Of a stretch of DNA of 64,000 bases, positions 41,938 to 52,696 are shown piece after piece. The DNA is from an uncultured Candidatus Saccharibacteria bacterium (GTDB lineage: Bacteria; Patescibacteriota; Saccharimonadia; Saccharimonadales; JAUPVS01). A model generated the notes under the pieces. That model was not told where the DNA came from. It did not search any database and worked only from the letters and a program-made list of their open reading frames with translations. The position numbers and the translations under genes were made by a program. Position 1 is the first letter of the stretch. Each line of letters begins with the position of its first letter. The stretch is from assembly GCA_964410185.1 (NCBI GenBank), contig CAYPFM010000001.1, forward strand, positions 80,860 to 144,859, given 5' to 3'.

Positions 41938-44613
41938 CTATAGTTCACCCCAGTTTTTGCCCGTCGTGATGTCCACTTTCAGCTTTACGGGAAGTTTATA
42001 AATGTGTTCCATTTTGTCCTTGAGCACTTTAGCTACTCGGTCGGCCTGTTCGGCCGGACATTCAATCAAGATTGAGTCATGAATTTGTAACAACTGCTTG
42101 GCGTCAAGCGCTTCCAGCTCCTTGTCGACCTCAACCATGGCTAGCTTCATAAGGTCTGCGGCAGTCCCCTGCACTGGCATATTAATAGCCGCACGATAGG
42201 CGCCTTCACGGACGACAAAGTTCGACGAGTGCACGTCTGGCGTTGGGCGGCGGCGTCCCAGGAGAGTTTCGACATAACCGTCGTCTTTGGCCTTCTCGCG
42301 CAGCGAATCAATGTACTTTTTTAGCTGCGGACGAATTTCAAAATACTTAGCAATAAAGTCGCGCGCCTCACCAAAAGGCATGCCGGTACCGGCACTTAAG
42401 CCATGCGGACCCTGACCATACATAATGCCAAAATTAACGGCCTTGGCAGCATAGCGTTGTGGCTTGGTAACTTCGCTGGAGTCAATGCCATAAATGGCGG
42501 CCGCAGTTTCGACATGAATGTCGTTATCACCGTTGAAGGCATCAATCATACCCTTGTCCCCGCTCAAGGCCGCAGCTACCCGCAGCTCAAACTGACTGTA
42601 GTCGGCACTGACCAGCACTTTGCCCTTACCTGCCACAAAGGCCGTTCGGATTCGTTTACCGAGTTCCGTTCGGATTGGGATATTTTGCAGGTTTGGATCG
42701 TTACTAGAGAGTCGGCCAGTTTGGGCAATAATCATGTTAAAGGTTGTGTGCACTCGTGAGTTCTCGTCGACTTGTTTCGGCAACGTATCCACATAGGTGT
42801 TTTTCAGCTTGCTGACCTCACGGAACTGCGTAATTAAATCAATGATCGGGTGTTGGCCACGCAACTTATCAAGCTCGCTGGCGGCGGTTGAGTAACTGGT
42901 TTTTCCTTTTTTAATACCTTTGGTGGGTAGAGCCAGGTCAGTGAATAAAATATCGGAAAGCTGGGAGGGCGAAGCGATGTTGAACTCGCGGCCAGCATGG
43001 CCGTAAATCTGTTGCTCAAGGTCGCTCACGCTGTCTGCCAGCTCAACGGCAAACTTGTTCAAGTAGTCAGTGTTGAGCTCAATTCCCTCGTATTCCATCT
43101 CGGCCAGAACCGGTATAACCGGCCAGTCGACCGTTTCAGCTACTGTAGCAACCGTTGGTAAATCCTTAAACTCACGCTCCTGGTGATGGTACAGGCCTTC
43201 AATAATTGAGATGATTTCTGGTGCATCATTAATGAACTCTTCATCTGTTAATTCATCAAAGCCCTTGCCTTGGTAATCAAGTTTTAGTTGTGCCAGTTCG
43301 CCGAGTGTTTGCACTCGCTCCAAACTATTGACCAAAAAAGCCCCAATCATGACGTCGTGTTTGACTGGCGGCAGTGGTACACCCAGCTCAATAAACATTT
43401 TGTGCGTACTTTTAAGGTCGTAGCCAATTAGTGGCACGTTTTTGACGGCAGTGAGTACATCTTTTACCAGTGCCGGATCAAGCTTACTCAACTCCAGTGT
43501 GTAGACGGTTTTGTTATCAGCACTCATGGTGAGCAAGCGAGGCTGGCGGCCGTGCTTACCGGCACATCGGGAATGGACAAACAACTGCTTGGCACCAGAG
43601 AAATCAACTTTTTTGAGTGCCGTGTTTGTTGCCACAGACACCCCCTGCCCGACCGTCAGCTGGGCAGGCAAATGTGCGGGCGCTTGGTTATCTTCGGCCG
43701 CGACCTGCATAACATCTGGCAGCTGGCGAACCAGGCTGCGGAACTCCAGCTTTTGCAGCAAGGCCTGAACCTTCTCGGGTTCACAGTTGGCAACATCTAA
43801 AGCCTTAAGGTCGAGCTTAATTGGGGCGTCCGTCCAGATGGCCGCCAGTTGTTTGCTCAAGTAAGCCAGGTCTTTGCCGGCTTCTAGCTTTTTGCGTGTC
43901 GTTTCACGAATTAAGTCCAGGTTTTCGTAGACCCCGTCAAGCGTTTTATACTCTTTTAACAGATCAATCGCGCCTTTTTCGCCAATACCGGGCACACCGG
44001 GGATGTTATCCGATGAGTCGCCCTTTAGGGACTTGAGGTCTAAAAATTGTTCCACTTCGATGTTGTACTTGGCCTCAAAGCTCTCGGGTGAATACAATTC
44101 TATGTTGCTCAAGCCTTTCTTGAGTGCAAAAACGTGTACATGCGGGTTAACCAACTGGAGCATGTCCAAATCAGAGGTGATCAACATGGTTTCAATGTCT
44201 TTTTCGGTAGCCTGAATAGCTAAACTACCCATGATGTCGTCTGCTTCATAATCATCAAGTTCATAGAGCGGCCAACCAAAGTCACCAAGTAACTCATGGA
44301 GGATAGGAATTTGTTCATAGAAGTCTGGGGGTGGTGGTTTACGACCAGCTTTATACTGCGGATAGAGTTCTAAGCGACGACGAATGTTGGTCTTGGGTTT
44401 GTCCCACGCCACGCACACATAATCTGGCTTCAGGCGCTTTAGCACCTCTAGGGCCATAGTGGCAAAGCCAAAAACACCACCAGTGGGCGTGCCGTCTTTA
44501 GTCGAAAGGTTGGGCATGGCGTAGTAGCCCCGGTAGAACACGCTTTTCCCATCAATAATCGCCAGCTTTTTGCGCTTACTGGTGGCAACTGCCTGTTCTT
44601 CCGCCTCAGTCAT
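41938..44613 (-). CDS. polA: DNA polymerase I
   Basis: It has a 5'-nuclease domain (DNIPGVPGIGEKGA) and polymerase motifs A (LVSADYSQFELRV), B (RYAAKAVNFGIMYG) and C (LLQIHDSILIE). Confidence 0.95.
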   Translation of the reverse strand: MTEAEEQAVATSKRKKLAIIDGKSVFYRGYYAMPNLSTKDGTPTGGVFGFATMALEVLKRLKPDYVCVAWDKPKTNIRRRLELYPQYKAGRKPPPPDFYEQIPILHELLGDFGWPLYELDDYEADDIMGSLAIQATEKDIETMLITSDLDMLQLVNPHVHVFALKKGLSNIELYSPESFEAKYNIEVEQFLDLKSLKGDSSDNIPGVPGIGEKGAIDLLKEYKTLDGVYENLDLIRETTRKKLEAGKDLAYLSKQLAAIWTDAPIKLDLKALDVANCEPEKVQALLQKLEFRSLVRQLPDVMQVAAEDNQAPAHLPAQLTVGQGVSVATNTALKKVDFSGAKQLFVHSRCAGKHGRQPRLLTMSADNKTVYTLELSKLDPALVKDVLTAVKNVPLIGYDLKSTHKMFIELGVPLPPVKHDVMIGAFLVNSLERVQTLGELAQLKLDYQGKGFDELTDEEFINDAPEIISIIEGLYHHQEREFKDLPTVATVAETVDWPVIPVLAEMEYEGIELNTDYLNKFAVELADSVSDLEQQIYGHAGREFNIASPSQLSDILFTDLALPTKGIKKGKTSYSTAASELDKLRGQHPIIDLITQFREVSKLKNTYVDTLPKQVDENSRVHTTFNMIIAQTGRLSSNDPNLQNIPIRTELGKRIRTAFVAGKGKVLVSADYSQFELRVAAALSGDKGMIDAFNGDNDIHVETAAAIYGIDSSEVTKPQRYAAKAVNFGIMYGQGPHGLSAGTGMPFGEARDFIAKYFEIRPQLKKYIDSLREKAKDDGYVETLLGRRRPTPDVHSSNFVVREGAYRAAINMPVQGTAADLMKLAMVEVDKELEALDAKQLLQIHDSILIECPAEQADRVAKVLKDKMEHIYKLPVKLKVDITTGKNWGEL

Positions 44614-44634
44614 GATATCAGTATACCCTATCTG

Positions 44635-45708
44635 TTAGCTGGAGCGTATGAGCAAATAATCGGCCATACCTTGCAAGAACTCGGTGCCCTGGGCAGACCA
44701 GTGGCGACTATTTTTGTGCAAGGCTTGGACGGCTTGAGTACAATAGTTTTTTGCTTGGGTTTGGGCGTATTCCAGTGCACCCGTCCGACGAACAATTTCT
44801 TGGCACTTCTTAAATTTTGTTGGCGTCAGTTTTTGATCGCCCAGGCAAGCCAGCAAGAATTTGCGGTCATCCGGGTTGGCGTGAGCCAGGGCGTGAACCA
44901 TCAAGAGGGTTTGTTTGCCCTCTCGGATGTCGTCCAGTGTGCCCTTGCCGGTTTTGGCTTCATCTCCAAACATACCGATGATATCGTCGGTGATTTGGAA
45001 GGCCTGGCCGGCGGCCATGGCGAACGGCGTCACACCATCTGTCACTTCACAGCCAGCCCCCGCCAGTACCATACCGACATGCAAAGGATTCAGCATCGTG
45101 TATGTGGCGGTTTTCCATTCCTGCATCTTTAAAACATCAGCTTCGGTGGCTTTTTTACGATACTGAATCATGGGGTCGGCAATCTGACCATGGACGGTCA
45201 CGACCAAGGTTCGGTTCAGGATGCTGAGCACGTTACTTCGCAGCTCGGGCGGAGCATCAAGATTGGCCAAGATCATCATGGCCGCGTGGTTGCCAAGCAG
45301 TGCGGCATTAGTGGCCAGCGTTTCGCCGAGGTGCTCATCGCCAACCGCGTTGGCAAGTTGTACGTGTGCGGTTGGCCCGCCCCGCCGAGTCAAGGAGCGG
45401 TCTTGAATATCGTCGGTGATTAACAGATAGGCATGGACCATCTCGATGGCCCGGGCCGCTTGCATAATCATGGGCATGTTAGTGCCACCGGACATGGTAT
45501 AGCCCTCGATAACCAGGGCGCCCCGCAGCCGCTTCCCGCCCCGAGCGAGTATCTCGCAGTATGCCTGGAGCGCGAGTTTAGAGTAATCTCCGTACTGCGC
45601 CGCCGACGTCTCGGTAAGATGGGTCACATAAGCAGCAATATCGGCATCGATGGCCTGTTTATGCTGTTTCAAGCGCGACTTAAATGTATCGGTACTCGCC
45701 TCTGTCAT
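44635..45708 (-). CDS. trans-Polyprenyl diphosphate synthase (GGPP/FPP synthase family)
   Basis: The first Asp-rich motif is LLITDDIQDRSLTRRG, the second is FQITDDIIGMFGD, and a GKRLR motif is present. Confidence 0.85.
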   Translation of the reverse strand: MTEASTDTFKSRLKQHKQAIDADIAAYVTHLTETSAAQYGDYSKLALQAYCEILARGGKRLRGALVIEGYTMSGGTNMPMIMQAARAIEMVHAYLLITDDIQDRSLTRRGGPTAHVQLANAVGDEHLGETLATNAALLGNHAAMMILANLDAPPELRSNVLSILNRTLVVTVHGQIADPMIQYRKKATEADVLKMQEWKTATYTMLNPLHVGMVLAGAGCEVTDGVTPFAMAAGQAFQITDDIIGMFGDEAKTGKGTLDDIREGKQTLLMVHALAHANPDDRKFLLACLGDQKLTPTKFKKCQEIVRRTGALEYAQTQAKNYCTQAVQALHKNSRHWSAQGTEFLQGMADYLLIRSS

Positions 45709-45733
45709 CCCCCCAAGTATACGGGATAAATAT

Positions 45734-46696
45734 TTACTTTTGGTTAAGTTCGGATTGGAGGTTCTTCAGTTTTTCGTAGAGCGCGTACAATTCGCCAGGA
45801 ATTTGGTTAATCGCAGTTGGCTCGGCGATTGGTTGGTTCTTGGCATCGGCTAGAGTCTGACGTCCATACATACCTACATCAAAGTAACGGCCAGACTTAA
45901 GCCCAGCCCGCATGGTATCAACCACTCGCGATGCATAGGTGGTACTGGTGTCCATACCGACAGCAGTCGTCTCGTCACCGCAAGCCGAAAGTACATTCCC
46001 AATAAAAATCATCAGTGCAGCACTGTCCGGCTGAAAACGAGGCTTCTGTGCGCCTTCGTCATCTGTAAAGTACTCGCGGTCGACGCGCAATAGCATAACG
46101 GGCTGGCCATTTTTCTCACCAATTTTCACCAGCTGACCGGTCGGTTCAGTCACCAGTTCGTGTTCAGCCGATAGCGCATAGCCAAAAGGTAGGATTTCGT
46201 CCTGTTCGTTGGCAACAAAACCTGGCTGTTGTTCAGCCACAAAGCGAACCATGTCATACTCGGTCTTGTCAGTCATGTCGACACCATACTTAACACTAAT
46301 GTGCGAAACTTCGACTTCGTTAATCACCCGGTATGGTGATCCAGCAAAAATGTTAGTATCTTGTTCTCCGCCAATCGCGGCTTCGGCTTCAACCTTCCAG
46401 ACCAGTCCGCCTTCCTTAAGACGAATCTGAGCTGTGCCTGGGACGTCCTGCTCGGTACCCACGCCAAACCGTTCAGCTATAGGGCGTAGCTCTGCTTCTT
46501 GGGCTTCTGTTAATGGCAATCCTTCCGTTGCGTTCCGTGGTTCGGTCGGTGCCGGAAAGACTTCCAGCGGATCTGCCTCACGGTCGCCCGTAATCAGCTC
46601 GACGGCATCGGCCATCCACTGCGTACGCTGGTCTATGTAGGCTTGGACTTCAGCTCGTTGCTGCTCACCATTATTTGATTGTTCTTGATTGGTCAT
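45734..46696 (-). CDS. Hypothetical 320-aa protein
   Basis: It is a clean ORF with no recognised motif. Confidence 0.55.
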   Translation of the reverse strand: MTNQEQSNNGEQQRAEVQAYIDQRTQWMADAVELITGDREADPLEVFPAPTEPRNATEGLPLTEAQEAELRPIAERFGVGTEQDVPGTAQIRLKEGGLVWKVEAEAAIGGEQDTNIFAGSPYRVINEVEVSHISVKYGVDMTDKTEYDMVRFVAEQQPGFVANEQDEILPFGYALSAEHELVTEPTGQLVKIGEKNGQPVMLLRVDREYFTDDEGAQKPRFQPDSAALMIFIGNVLSACGDETTAVGMDTSTTYASRVVDTMRAGLKSGRYFDVGMYGRQTLADAKNQPIAEPTAINQIPGELYALYEKLKNLQSELNQK

Positions 46697-46812
46697 ACAT
46701 GTTCCTCAATTTTAGAATGCTCGCATAGTAGCAAAAAATATGCTTTCTGTCAACTATAGTTTCACATATTTTCGAGTATTCTGTAATCTCTGTATCTGTT
46801 AGTTTGAGCTCT

Positions 46813-46831
46813 TGTGAAATTACTATTCACA
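46813..46831. promoter_or_regulatory. Perfect palindrome TGTGAA-N7-TTCACA upstream of the TrmB-like regulator
   Basis: It lies 31 nt upstream of the ATG at 46862. A third TTTCACA half-site sits at 46760-46766, and CTGTATCTG is repeated at 46790 and 46851. Confidence 0.3.
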
Positions 46832-46861
46832 TTTTAAGAAAACTGTGTTACTGTATCTGGT

Positions 46862-47647
46862 ATGGATATTAGCAAGCTCACGGCCACGGGCCTCACCCCT
46901 CTTCAGGCACAAGCGTACGCACTTCTTTTTGAGAAGGGCACGGTCTCCCCTCCCCAGCTGGCGCAGCATCTTAAGCTCTCCCGCACTAATGCCTACAAGC
47001 TGCTCGACAAGCTAGTGAGCCTGCAGCTTGCCATTAAACAAGAGAGCGGCAAGAAGCTTGTCTACTCACCCAGTAATCCCCTCGCGCTTGCCAATGTGAC
47101 AGCTCAGTTCCGGGCCGAAGCGACCGCTCGGGAAGAGGCCGCCAGCAGTATCATGCAGGACTTGCTCACCCAATATTACGAACACTCCGAAAAACCAAGT
47201 GTTTCTTCTGCTTCTGGCCAAAAGGCAGTCGCAGATTTATATCGGAAGCAGCTGAAGTTACGCGAAGATGTCCACTTTATTCACACCCCAGTCGATGTGT
47301 CGCGAATGGGTTTCGATACTATGCACGACATTCGAATCACCCCAGGACGGCATGGCAATCAACGTCACGGTATATTGTCTGAACCCGAGAAAGGACCTAT
47401 TAACTACGCCGCGCATAAGCGCAGTAACCTGGAGATAAGCTGGATCAAAAAAGATGCATACACTGCCCCTGTTGAGTGGAGTGTCACACAATCATCTCTG
47501 TTAATTGTGTCCTTTGTGAATGAACCACACGCCGTTCTGATCGTGGATCCAGTTATTGCTGGGGCCTTCTTACAACTCTGGAAATTACTGAGTTCGTTTG
47601 TTCGGCAAGAGAAGACTCACCAAGAATTAGCGCAGGGCAACAAGTAG
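46862..47647 (+). CDS. TrmB-like HTH transcriptional regulator
   Basis: The N-terminal winged helix LTPLQAQAYALLFEKGTVSPPQLAQHLKLSRTNAYKLLDKLVSLQLA is typical of the TrmB family. Confidence 0.6.
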   Translation: MDISKLTATGLTPLQAQAYALLFEKGTVSPPQLAQHLKLSRTNAYKLLDKLVSLQLAIKQESGKKLVYSPSNPLALANVTAQFRAEATAREEAASSIMQDLLTQYYEHSEKPSVSSASGQKAVADLYRKQLKLREDVHFIHTPVDVSRMGFDTMHDIRITPGRHGNQRHGILSEPEKGPINYAAHKRSNLEISWIKKDAYTAPVEWSVTQSSLLIVSFVNEPHAVLIVDPVIAGAFLQLWKLLSSFVRQEKTHQELAQGNK

Positions 47648-48379
47648 ACCGTTACCGCCAATTGGTTCGCCAGTACGCGCTTCGCGGAAGTGCGAGAAAT
47701 AGTTAGGTTCAGTAATAGTATCAACCGGGCTAACATTGATATTTGTAGCTGGGATGCCGAATTCAATTAGGTCATCGATAGTCCGTTGATGAAAATCAAT
47801 GTGCCATAACCCTTCTTCATCCTGGTAGATATAGTCCCTCCACAGTGCATCTGCCGCCACATCATCATTCAACTTTTGAAACGCATACGACTCCGCTCGA
47901 GCTGAGGGCGCAAGACGTGCCGTCATTGATGCAGGATCAAGCCCATAGGCCGCAGCCATGTATTCAATACCCCGAATATGACCGCCTTCGCCCACAATAC
48001 TGCGGCTCGCATGAAAGAGTCCTAGAACTTCTTGACCAACTTCCATACCAAAACCATGCAGAGCAACTTCCCCGCAATCGGCAGGATTAGCATGCAGGAT
48101 AAGGTTAGGGTTCGTGGTAACAAACCCGTCGGTGAGATGGATTGGTTCGACTTCTGTACGATCAAGGTCGACAAAACCAGACATATTAAGCGGCTTCATG
48201 CGAACCACCTGTGAAGCACTGGTGTGTTCAGACAAAATATCTACAGCCTGCTGGCGATTTTGCAGCCAATCATCACTTAAGCCCTCGACCATATTGCCGA
48301 AGCTGCGATTGGCTTGTAGCCACACCATTTGTGGGTCAAGCTCAATCTGAACTGGCTCAACATCAGCCTGAATACTCAT
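47627..48379 (-). CDS. YfiH/PgeF-like (DUF152, laccase-domain) protein
   Basis: TDGFVTT...ANPADCGEVAL...GLFHASRSIV...IDFHQRTIDDLIEFGI...YFSHFRE parallels the ADCxP / HAGWRG / FSYRR pattern of the family, but with substitutions. Confidence 0.5.
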   Translation of the reverse strand: MSIQADVEPVQIELDPQMVWLQANRSFGNMVEGLSDDWLQNRQQAVDILSEHTSASQVVRMKPLNMSGFVDLDRTEVEPIHLTDGFVTTNPNLILHANPADCGEVALHGFGMEVGQEVLGLFHASRSIVGEGGHIRGIEYMAAAYGLDPASMTARLAPSARAESYAFQKLNDDVAADALWRDYIYQDEEGLWHIDFHQRTIDDLIEFGIPATNINVSPVDTITEPNYFSHFREARTGEPIGGNGLLVALR

Positions 48380-48434
48380 AACACCTATATTATAGCATAA
48401 GTACTATAATATATCAATAGCCTGACCTCTGTTG

Positions 48435-49016
48435 CTAGTTGGCTAGGCCAAGAGCTTTTTCGACATCGGCCTCGAAGCTATCAATGTCATTGCCGTTGTT
48501 GATGATTGTTAGGTCTGCCCCGGCTTTTACGGCCGCCATATTAAGCGTTGCACTGTCACCAATGGGGTGCATTTCACGTTCTTGCTCGGCTAAAAATTCT
48601 TCGAACGTCTTGTTGTCCTCGTCGGCTCGGCCACGGCTGGCCGCATTTCGTTGAACACGTTCGTATCGAACACGTGGGTCGGCGTCTACCCATATCAAAG
48701 TCCCGCCAAGCTCGTGGAGTCGGTCGGTTTCACCAGGGTTGCGCAGACTTGCCACAACCAAGCCGTTATACTGTTTTGCCTGGGCTTCATAGTGAGCAAG
48801 CGATTTATCAATTAAAACACCGAGGTCACTTTCGCGTCGCCACTCGGCGCTAATCGTGCTGAGAACTTCCCTGCTAACTGGCAGCCCTCGCCGTTTTGCC
48901 TCATCGCGCAGCATGTCGGTCATTGAGACAAACAAATAGCCGTGCTTGCTAGCTAGAAACTCGCCAACATGATCTTTGCCAGCGCCATTCGTACCTGATA
49001 AACCGTACAGTTTCAT
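48435..49016 (-). CDS. P-loop nucleotide/nucleoside kinase-like protein
   Basis: It has the Walker A motif LYGLSGTNGAGKD at the N-terminus and is 193 aa long. Confidence 0.5.
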   Translation of the reverse strand: MKLYGLSGTNGAGKDHVGEFLASKHGYLFVSMTDMLRDEAKRRGLPVSREVLSTISAEWRRESDLGVLIDKSLAHYEAQAKQYNGLVVASLRNPGETDRLHELGGTLIWVDADPRVRYERVQRNAASRGRADEDNKTFEEFLAEQEREMHPIGDSATLNMAAVKAGADLTIINNGNDIDSFEADVEKALGLAN

Positions 49017-49025
49017 GCGTTTTCT

Positions 49026-50243
49026 CTATTTAATGTAATCGTGCAGCTTGCGGGCGTCTTTATGTTTGCGCAACTTAGCCAGAGCCTTGGCTTCGATCTG
49101 ACGAATGCGCTCACGGGTGACACTGAATTCTTGACCGACTTCTTCCAAGGTGTGCGACTTGCCGTCTTCCAGGCCAAAACGCAGCTTCAGGATCTTCTGC
49201 TCACGTTCGGTCAGGGCGCCCAGCATGTCTTTAACGTGTTCTTTTAGGAGCTGGCCAGTGGCTGCTTCTTCGGGAGAAACCGAGTCTTCATCTTCGATAA
49301 AGTCACCCAAAACGGAGTCTTCTTCATCATCACGGACCGAGGCATCAAGCGAGGAAATGTCCTGCTTAATCTTCATGATGTGCTCAACCTTGTCGACGTC
49401 GATTTCCATTTCTTTGGCAATTTCTTCGTTGGTTGGTTCGCGGTTCAATTCTTGCGTTAAACGGCGCTGAGTACGCAGTAACTTATTGATGGTTTCAACC
49501 ATGTGCACGGGGATACGGATGGTGCGAGCCTGGTCGGCAATGGCGCGGGTAATGGCTTGGCGAATCCACCAGGTTGCGTAGGTACTGAACTTAAAGCCCT
49601 TGTCTGGGTCAAACTTTTCAACGGCGCGCAGCAAGCCAGTATTACCTTCTTGAATGAGATCCAGCAAATCCAGACCACGGCCAACGTAACGCTTGGCAAT
49701 CGAGACCACCAAACGCATGTTAGCCTCGGCCATTTTGTCTTTGGCACCCTTGTCGCCAGCCACAACTTTGTTTGCCAGTGTCAGCTCTTCCTCGGCGTTT
49801 AACAGTGGGATTTTGCCAATTTCGCGTAGGTACAAACGAACTGAGTCGTCAGCGATATCATCGAGGTAGGTCTGGTCGTCGAGAACAATTTCTTCCTCAT
49901 CGTCTTCGGCCCACTCATCAGTGAAGTCAGCCGCATTTGGTTCGGTGGCACTAACTATCAGCAAGTTTTGCTCAGCCAGCTGGCCGTAGAGCTTATCGAG
50001 GGCTTCGACGTTTTCGGTGGTGTCAGCAATCAAGGCGTAGATATCACGTTGGTCAATTTTGCCGTCCTTTTTTGCCTTGGCGAGCAAGGTTTTGGTAGCT
50101 TCTTCGAAGCCTGGATCGGCTAGTGCAGCCTCTTTGGCAGCCTTCCCTTTGAGAGGTTTAGCGGGTTTTTTGGCCTTTGGCGCCTTGGCGCTTTTAGCTG
50201 CTTTGGTGACGGGCTTGTCTTCGGGAGTAGATTTCTTTGGCAC
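49026..50243 (-). CDS. rpoD: Primary RNA polymerase sigma factor (sigma-70)
   Basis: Region 2 has [36 protein letters not shown]. Region 4 has [24 protein letters not shown]. The N-terminus is Lys/Ala-rich. Confidence 0.95.
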   Translation of the reverse strand: MPKKSTPEDKPVTKAAKSAKAPKAKKPAKPLKGKAAKEAALADPGFEEATKTLLAKAKKDGKIDQRDIYALIADTTENVEALDKLYGQLAEQNLLIVSATEPNAADFTDEWAEDDEEEIVLDDQTYLDDIADDSVRLYLREIGKIPLLNAEEELTLANKVVAGDKGAKDKMAEANMRLVVSIAKRYVGRGLDLLDLIQEGNTGLLRAVEKFDPDKGFKFSTYATWWIRQAITRAIADQARTIRIPVHMVETINKLLRTQRRLTQELNREPTNEEIAKEMEIDVDKVEHIMKIKQDISSLDASVRDDEEDSVLGDFIEDEDSVSPEEAATGQLLKEHVKDMLGALTEREQKILKLRFGLEDGKSHTLEEVGQEFSVTRERIRQIEAKALAKLRKHKDARKLHDYIK

Positions 50244-52006
50244 TATACAGTGTCTCCTTGTTTGCTTAGTTTAAGTAGGGCATCGAGCGCTTTTACTTTT
50301 TGGAGAATTTCTTCGGCTTGCTTTTCGTTTGCATCAGTCAGAGCCGCGGTAAGAGGCTGTTTTTTGGTTTTGACATAGTGTTCTATCAGGCGAACCTGCA
50401 TTCGAGCGGCTTCGTAACGAAGCTCCGTGGGCTCGAGGTCTTGATAGAGTTCCTCAAAGATTACTCCCAATATTTTAACATAGTCCGCCAGTTCCGACAA
50501 CTCCGGTGGAGGTGCCTTCTTAGCGTCATCCGCGCCGGCAAAATCTTGATGCGTTTGTAAGAACTTGAGGAGTTTTTTGGCCTCGTCTTCGGGCAGCATT
50601 TCATCGCTGATTGGCTGTAGGTAGGCTCGTAGGTTCGGCACTGTTAAAACGAGCGCCATAAGATGGTTTTGGGCCTTAATAATTTCGGCGGCGTGGGGGG
50701 CGGCAACTGGAGTGGCGGTCCGCTTCTTGAGCCGAACCGTATCACTTTTTGTATGCAACTTAGAAACCAGTGCGTCCTTACTGACGCCAATGGTTTTACC
50801 CAACTTCTCGAGATAATGTTCCTGTTCGACCGGGTCCTGCAAGCCCTTAATCACTGCCAACATAACATCACTGTAGAGTCGTTTTTCGGGGGCTTTAGTA
50901 AGATCGAGCCGCTCTTGATAAACGCGCATCAGCCAGTCCAGGGCATACTCTGGCTTATCAATCACCTGTTGCCAGGCCTTGGGGTTCTTTTGAATCAGTT
51001 CGTCAGGGTCTTTGGCACCCTTGACAGTGACGATATTCAAATTAACACCGACTTTGCTGGCCAAGGGAATGGCGCGTTCGGTGGCGGCAATCCCAGCCGT
51101 ATCTTGGTCAAAAGCCAGCCGCACATCCTGCACAAAACGACCCAACGTCTTGAGGTGCATCTCGGTAATGGCCGTCCCCGCCGTCGCCACGACGTTGTTC
51201 ACGCCAATCTGATGACTGGCCACGACATCGAGGTTCCCTTCCACAATCACAGCATACTTGGACTTACGAATCGCTTCTTTGGCTAAGTGCAGGCCAAAGA
51301 CATGCCGAGACTTATCGTAAAGCGGGCTTTGAGGCGTATTTAAATACTTTGGAGCGTTGGGAATGTCTTCTAGCAAACGGCCGGTAAACCCAATCACCTG
51401 CCCTTGAGCATCCATCAGCGGAACCATAATGCGACTGCGGAACATATCATTGGCGCGCGAACCTCGTTGCGTACTGAGGCCGGCTTTCTGAAGTTCGGCT
51501 AGTTTGAAACCTCTTTTGATCAAGAAGTCTGTCAGAGCTGAACCATTATTAGGGGCATAACCTAACCGAAAAGCCAGAGCGGTCGTTTTATCAATTTTGC
51601 GTTTCTTAAACACGTAGTCGATTGCGTCCTGGTTCTTGCTTAAGTGCGCCTGGTAGAACTTTGTGGCCAGTTCGTTGGCCTCTGTTAGGCGCGCCTTAAG
51701 GCCACCGTCGCCTGGACCACGTTGGTACTGACTTAACTCGATGCCGGCTTTGCGAGCCAGTAGCTCCAGGGCACCCTTAAAATCCACCCCCTCCATCTCC
51801 ATGACAAAGCTAAACATGTTGCCGCCCTTACCCGATGAAAAGTCGTGCCAAATCTGTTTTTCGGGACTAACCATAAAGCTGGCTGTCTTCTCGTTGCCAA
51901 ACGGGCTGAGACCCTTGAAGTTTCGGCCAGCACGTTTTAGCTCGACGTATTGGCCAATAACGTCTTCAATTGCTAAGCGCTGCTTGATTTCCTCTACTGC
52001 ATCCAT
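50243..52006 (-). CDS. dnaG: DNA primase
   Basis: It has the conserved N-terminal zinc-binding-domain region ([33 protein letters not shown]) and a TOPRIM region ([10 protein letters not shown] ... AFDQDTAG). Confidence 0.9.
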   Translation of the reverse strand: MDAVEEIKQRLAIEDVIGQYVELKRAGRNFKGLSPFGNEKTASFMVSPEKQIWHDFSSGKGGNMFSFVMEMEGVDFKGALELLARKAGIELSQYQRGPGDGGLKARLTEANELATKFYQAHLSKNQDAIDYVFKKRKIDKTTALAFRLGYAPNNGSALTDFLIKRGFKLAELQKAGLSTQRGSRANDMFRSRIMVPLMDAQGQVIGFTGRLLEDIPNAPKYLNTPQSPLYDKSRHVFGLHLAKEAIRKSKYAVIVEGNLDVVASHQIGVNNVVATAGTAITEMHLKTLGRFVQDVRLAFDQDTAGIAATERAIPLASKVGVNLNIVTVKGAKDPDELIQKNPKAWQQVIDKPEYALDWLMRVYQERLDLTKAPEKRLYSDVMLAVIKGLQDPVEQEHYLEKLGKTIGVSKDALVSKLHTKSDTVRLKKRTATPVAAPHAAEIIKAQNHLMALVLTVPNLRAYLQPISDEMLPEDEAKKLLKFLQTHQDFAGADDAKKAPPPELSELADYVKILGVIFEELYQDLEPTELRYEAARMQVRLIEHYVKTKKQPLTAALTDANEKQAEEILQKVKALDALLKLSKQGDTV

Positions 52007-52066
52007 ATCTGTTGATATTGTACGCTATCTGGTATTACCTATGCTGCATATGCTTAAATAGAGGTT

Positions 52067-52696
52067 ATGCAGCTCAATCAACCGATTCCGCCGTCCTACC
52101 CTGGCGGCAACAATGCCTATGACTTTATTTTGAATGGCAACCAAAAGCCCAAAAAGACACTTTTGCCGAATGCCAAAACCAAAAAGGGTCGCTTGCTACT
52201 CGTCGTCGGTGGCGCTGTTGGTATCATCTTTTTATTAGCAATTATTTTAAGTCTGGTGCTGGGCGGTGGTGGTGGCACCCAAGATCTTTTGGCTATAGCC
52301 AAGACCCAAACCGAGATTGCCCGCGTTAGTAACGCCAGCACCCTCAAGGCGCGCGATATCACCACCCGCAATTTCGTTGCCACTGTAGGGATCACCATTT
52401 CGAGCCAACAACAGCAAACCGTCAGCTACCTGGCTTCTCACAAAGAAAAAATCAGTCCTAAAACTCTGGCCCTCAGCGTAAACCCCAAAACTGACGCCGC
52501 GCTCAAAACTGCTGAATCTGCCGGCCGCTACGACCAAGAGCTGCTAACTGTGCTCGAAAAGTCACTAGCAGACTACCAAGTCCAGCTGAGTCAGACTTAC
52601 AAGGCAACTTCAAGCAAGTCACAAAAGACCCTACTACAGAAGTTCTTTGAACAAGTTAGTGCCTTAATTAAAAATCAGCCAGCAATTAGTTCGTAA
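52067..52696 (+). CDS. Membrane-anchored hypothetical protein
   Basis: It has one TM (LLLVVGGAVGIIFLLAIILSLVL). I recognised no domain. Confidence 0.5.
   Translation: MQLNQPIPPSYPGGNNAYDFILNGNQKPKKTLLPNAKTKKGRLLLVVGGAVGIIFLLAIILSLVLGGGGGTQDLLAIAKTQTEIARVSNASTLKARDITTRNFVATVGITISSQQQQTVSYLASHKEKISPKTLALSVNPKTDAALKTAESAGRYDQELLTVLEKSLADYQVQLSQTYKATSSKSQKTLLQKFFEQVSALIKNQPAISS

Noticed and set aside
46813-46831. Reading the TGTGAA-N7-TTCACA palindrome as a canonical CRP site
   Set aside because: The classical CRP consensus is TGTGA-N6-TCACA, whereas here the core pentamers are separated by 9 nt. I kept it as a generic operator candidate and did not assign it to Crp.
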